Below, one piece after another: positions 62,001-64,000 of a stretch of 64,000 nt of DNA. The notes below the pieces were generated by a model that had not been told where the DNA came from, searched no databases, and worked only from the letters and a program-made list of their open reading frames with translations. The position numbers and the translations under genes are program-made. The DNA is from a virus, in IMG/VR virus record IMGVR_UViG_3300020577_010320; one strand, 5' to 3'. Each line of letters begins with the position of its first letter. Position 1 is the stretch's first letter.

Positions 62001-63410
62001 CGGCGCGAACGTCAGCTTACCGCGTTGGATCACGGGGATTACGGGCGCCTTGGAGTTCATAGCCCCCGGGAACGCCAGCGTCGCCTCCATCACGTCCTGC
62101 GGAGACTTGAAGATGATCTTCCCCGACTTCCGGTCCTGGAGTGGAGCGTAGATTCGCTTGTCCGTACCCAGACGCGTACCGAACGCGACACGAAGGTCGA
62201 CGCCGATCGTCTCGCTCTCAGACGTACGAGACAGGTCGATGAACGGAAACTGACCCGTACTGATCTCGCGGGCGCTCATGGGCACCGACTCGGCGTTACG
62301 CCCGATGCCGCCCTCGCCGACCTTGGTGATGCGGGCGCCGTGATCTACGTACTCCGTAGCCGCGTTACCTTCCGGACCGATCGCCAAACCGCTCTTCGTG
62401 AACAGAGCGCGGATGGCCGGGTTGAACATGCCCGGGGTAAGACGCTTGAGGTTGCCGACGTTGGTGGCCGCCCACAGCATCTTGTTCAGGATCGGGGCGG
62501 AGCGGTGGAGGCGCTCGGCGATCAGGTGTTCGGGGCCCCACACAGAACTGAACGCCGGGTTGTCACGGTCGTCCGGCGTCGTTTCGCCCCGAGCCACAGA
62601 CAGGAGCTTCTTGGTCGTGTCGAGGAGCGGGTCCTTACCGTAGTTGGTGTACTTCTTACCGAGCGTGCGTTCCATGACCCACGGGTCAAGTGGGTACTTG
62701 GATAGCTTCTCCGCCAGCACCTGTCGCTTATCGGTGCCGTCCGGGATCGCACCTGCCGGCCCCATACGCTCCCAGTACTTGTCGATGTGGTGAGGGCGGT
62801 CGGCCTTCTGGTTGACCTTGAACAGCTCCTCACCCCAGCTGTTCTTCAACTCCTCGTCCGTCGCGCCGAACGCCTTGAGCAGGGAAATCGTGGGGATCTC
62901 GGCCTGACCCACGGACGTGCGGAACACACCGGTCTCCGCGTCCAGTGCGATACGATGGGGGACGCCGGTGCCGGGGAGTAGGTTGACGTGCGCCTCAGTT
63001 CCGCCAGACCCCTTGGTACGCGTGTAAATGCCGGGGAGAAGGCGGAGCTGGTGGGAGACCGCGGAAGCGGTACCGTCCAAAACGAAAGTACCCTGGTTCG
63101 TCAGGGTGGGCACCGACGCCAACGCCATCTTCCGTCGGTCAACGATGTCGCCGGACGACTTATCCACCAACGAGAACGTGCCGTGCATCCGACGGGTCAA
63201 AGATCGGCCGCCCAGAAGTGCTTGCTTGTGCGCCGCCAGAGTGTAAGTGGCTGGGCCCGAGTAGTGCACGTCAGACAGCTGCAGTTTGTACCGCGAATTC
63301 TCGATCGGCGGCAACGACTGTACAGTCGTTAACGCGTTATCGAACACGCTGTTGCGGACGGCGGAGTGGTCGCCGAAGCGGCGCATCGGCGGTTGTTCGA
63401 ATCCGGGCAC
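59037..63410 (-). CDS. multisubunit RNA polymerase beta subunit fused to beta' N-terminal portion
   Basis: beta signatures GDKLSGRHGNKG, GNLYVMKLHHIASAKAKGRGLGG...GQTGKAMR; beta' catalytic AADFDGD (NADFDGD) ~95 aa from C-terminus; GTG start with GGAG SD. Confidence 0.85.
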   Translation of the reverse strand: MPGFEQPPMRRFGDHSAVRNSVFDNALTTVQSLPPIENSRYKLQLSDVHYSGPATYTLAAHKQALLGGRSLTRRMHGTFSLVDKSSGDIVDRRKMALASVPTLTNQGTFVLDGTASAVSHQLRLLPGIYTRTKGSGGTEAHVNLLPGTGVPHRIALDAETGVFRTSVGQAEIPTISLLKAFGATDEELKNSWGEELFKVNQKADRPHHIDKYWERMGPAGAIPDGTDKRQVLAEKLSKYPLDPWVMERTLGKKYTNYGKDPLLDTTKKLLSVARGETTPDDRDNPAFSSVWGPEHLIAERLHRSAPILNKMLWAATNVGNLKRLTPGMFNPAIRALFTKSGLAIGPEGNAATEYVDHGARITKVGEGGIGRNAESVPMSAREISTGQFPFIDLSRTSESETIGVDLRVAFGTRLGTDKRIYAPLQDRKSGKIIFKSPQDVMEATLAFPGAMNSKAPVIPVIQRGKLTFAPRHEVDYVVPTMEQSFSPLTNMVPLKSNSKAHRSSMGSRMITQSLPLVQPEAPFVRTQVPNQPGKSFEELYGRHMGPVYAGNKPGVVKEVKRGEITVQYQDGTETKHELHDYMPTGRKSGLHNIPLVQPGDPVAPGQLLARSNYTDEKGHAAYGANLRVAYMSGRGNVYEDSILVSQSAAQRLTSDHLYKHTLQPDEHTILGKRPHVAAFSGKYDLNQLKKMDDDGVVLPGQKLNYGDPMILGIRKKPGIFGRLSRGAKSGLSDVSETWEHHDPGEVTDVVKGPNGPVVMVRTQMAFQSGDKLSGRHGNKGIGVVVPDHHMPLDEQGRPIDVILSSLGTISRANPSAIFESILGKIAAKRGQPYTVNDFDDNGDQRNISKWVREEMDKHGVKFRETLTDQKTGKPIPGVGVGNLYVMKLHHIASAKAKGRGLGGHDESGQPLRGQTGKAMRASLGDTNALLSHGATEVIHDAHMNKGLANEEFWAAYMQGFPAPKPSQSPAFARFITELRASGVDPIHKDGRYHLKALTNERVQELAGDREIKNGETLDFSRNGAPYPGGLFDDRIFGNTDSMGTWGKITLHEKMLNPAFEEPARRLLGLTEKQFRDTIAGRHEIATGTGMEAIGAALGTLNVAQELKKTRAQALSSRKTTRDEANRKLGYLKGLEKNGQNPKDWMLSAVPVLPPGLRPVRPGAHGAQDMVVSDANLLYKELMEANQAYKDLSQHTHDVGDERLNVYDAVRATVGLGDPIGAKNKERGVKGILQRLLGDTAKFSYIQQKLLGTPTNLSGRGQALPNPDLDMDQIGIPESVAWEIYHPFVVRRLVRQGIPRAEVAELVEKREKISKDALLAEMKDRPVTATRYPALHRYSVMGFNPVLVPGDALHINHLVTKPYAADFDGDTFTIQVPLSDKSVQEVKDKLLPSKNLFSPATMKASNFLPNMEYVQGLHALSTQEDKTNPPVKFASAKDALKAFASGRINFDTRVEITG

Positions 63411-63807
63411 GGCGTAGCTCCGTTCGTTATTTGACTGAGCCGCATGATAGCTAAAAACAAAAGCTAAGAGCTATGTCATCTCGCGACTGTCGAGGCGGTC
63501 GCCGGGCGTATGCAGCCCTTCGCCTGTGTCCGACTACCGTCCACAGACCTGTCACCGACACGATCCAACCGAACCAACCTGCCAACCACCGTCCAACTGC
63601 TGCTCACGAGTTCCTTGGGCATGGGCACTTCTCCTCCGGTTAAAGGTCCATCACGTCATGTTCGACACGTGCTTACTGCAGGTGTTGGGTCACGGAACAT
63701 GCGAATCGGTTACTACTCGTAGCACCTTCGTACGGCCCAGTTTGATGTGGGCAAAGCAAACACGGGCCCCCGGAGGGGCCCGTTCGCGACCACGTTCCGG
63801 AGAACGC

Positions 63808-64000
63808 TTAGACTTCGACCTCGGCCGGCAGGGCGGCGGTCGACACGAAGCTGGTCTGGCTGAACTGCGTAGGTCCGACCACCCGGCCGGGGACGTACTC
63901 CGTCTCGTCGACGGAGGTCTGTTCGAGCTCGGGCGGCGGAGCGAAGTCCAGGTGGACGAACGTCCGCGTGGTGTTCTGGTCGGTGAGGACCGAGGCCAAG
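63808..64000 (-). CDS. hypothetical protein, probably 5'-truncated by window edge
   Basis: ORF runs to window end; stop at 63808. Confidence 0.3.
   Translation of the reverse strand, partial: LASVLTDQNTTRTFVHLDFAPPPELEQTSVDETEYVPGRVVGPTQFSQTSFVSTAALPAEVEV

Noticed and set aside
55257-63410. Host rpoB-rpoC locus
   Set aside because: There are no flanking rplL/rpsL-type genes, the catalytic motif is divergent (AADFDGD), and the beta-beta'N fusion with a distant beta'C gene has a non-host-like arrangement.
1-64000. Insertion sequences, transposases and integrases
   Set aside because: No DDE, tyrosine- or serine-recombinase motifs or terminal inverted repeats were found flanking the array blocks.

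Overview
High-GC (~65%) window of 64 kb. Essentially every credible gene is on the minus strand, densely packed, with frequent stop/start overlaps (ATGA, TGATG). Gene content includes a divergent multisubunit RNA polymerase split as a beta/beta'-N fusion plus a separate beta'-C gene, a tRNA, a Thg1-like/RNA ligase/phosphoesterase tRNA-repair set, a dCTP deaminase, a HAD nucleotidase, a Gp37/Gp68-like protein, a VWA giant protein, an SPFH+PspA pair, a papain-like protease and many ORFans. No ribosomal or housekeeping context is present. This fits a large virus / jumbo-phage-like or other mobile genome of a GC-rich host better than a core chromosome (inference). The dominant feature is about 77 tandem small paralogous genes in five blocks (1-6870, 7875-14106, 17785-19560, 21604-25936, 28712-30048; ~28 kb). 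Each ends with a conserved C-terminal peptide (W-x2-LPG-x(n)-ELF-x-YDEEG*). Its last codons, GAC GAG GAG GGG TGA TG, simultaneously encode the tail, a Shine-Dalgarno sequence and the overlapping start codon of the next cistron. N-terminal regions are hypervariable. A second notable system is a Ubl-E2-JAB-E1 ubiquitin-like conjugation operon (41729-46153). The track ORFs in the array are 5'-extended (spurious 'RRGGVM'-type leaders read through the upstream junction); coordinates below are trimmed to the start codon overlapping the upstream stop (approx. +/-6 nt). Long plus-strand ORFs are antisense artefacts of high GC.
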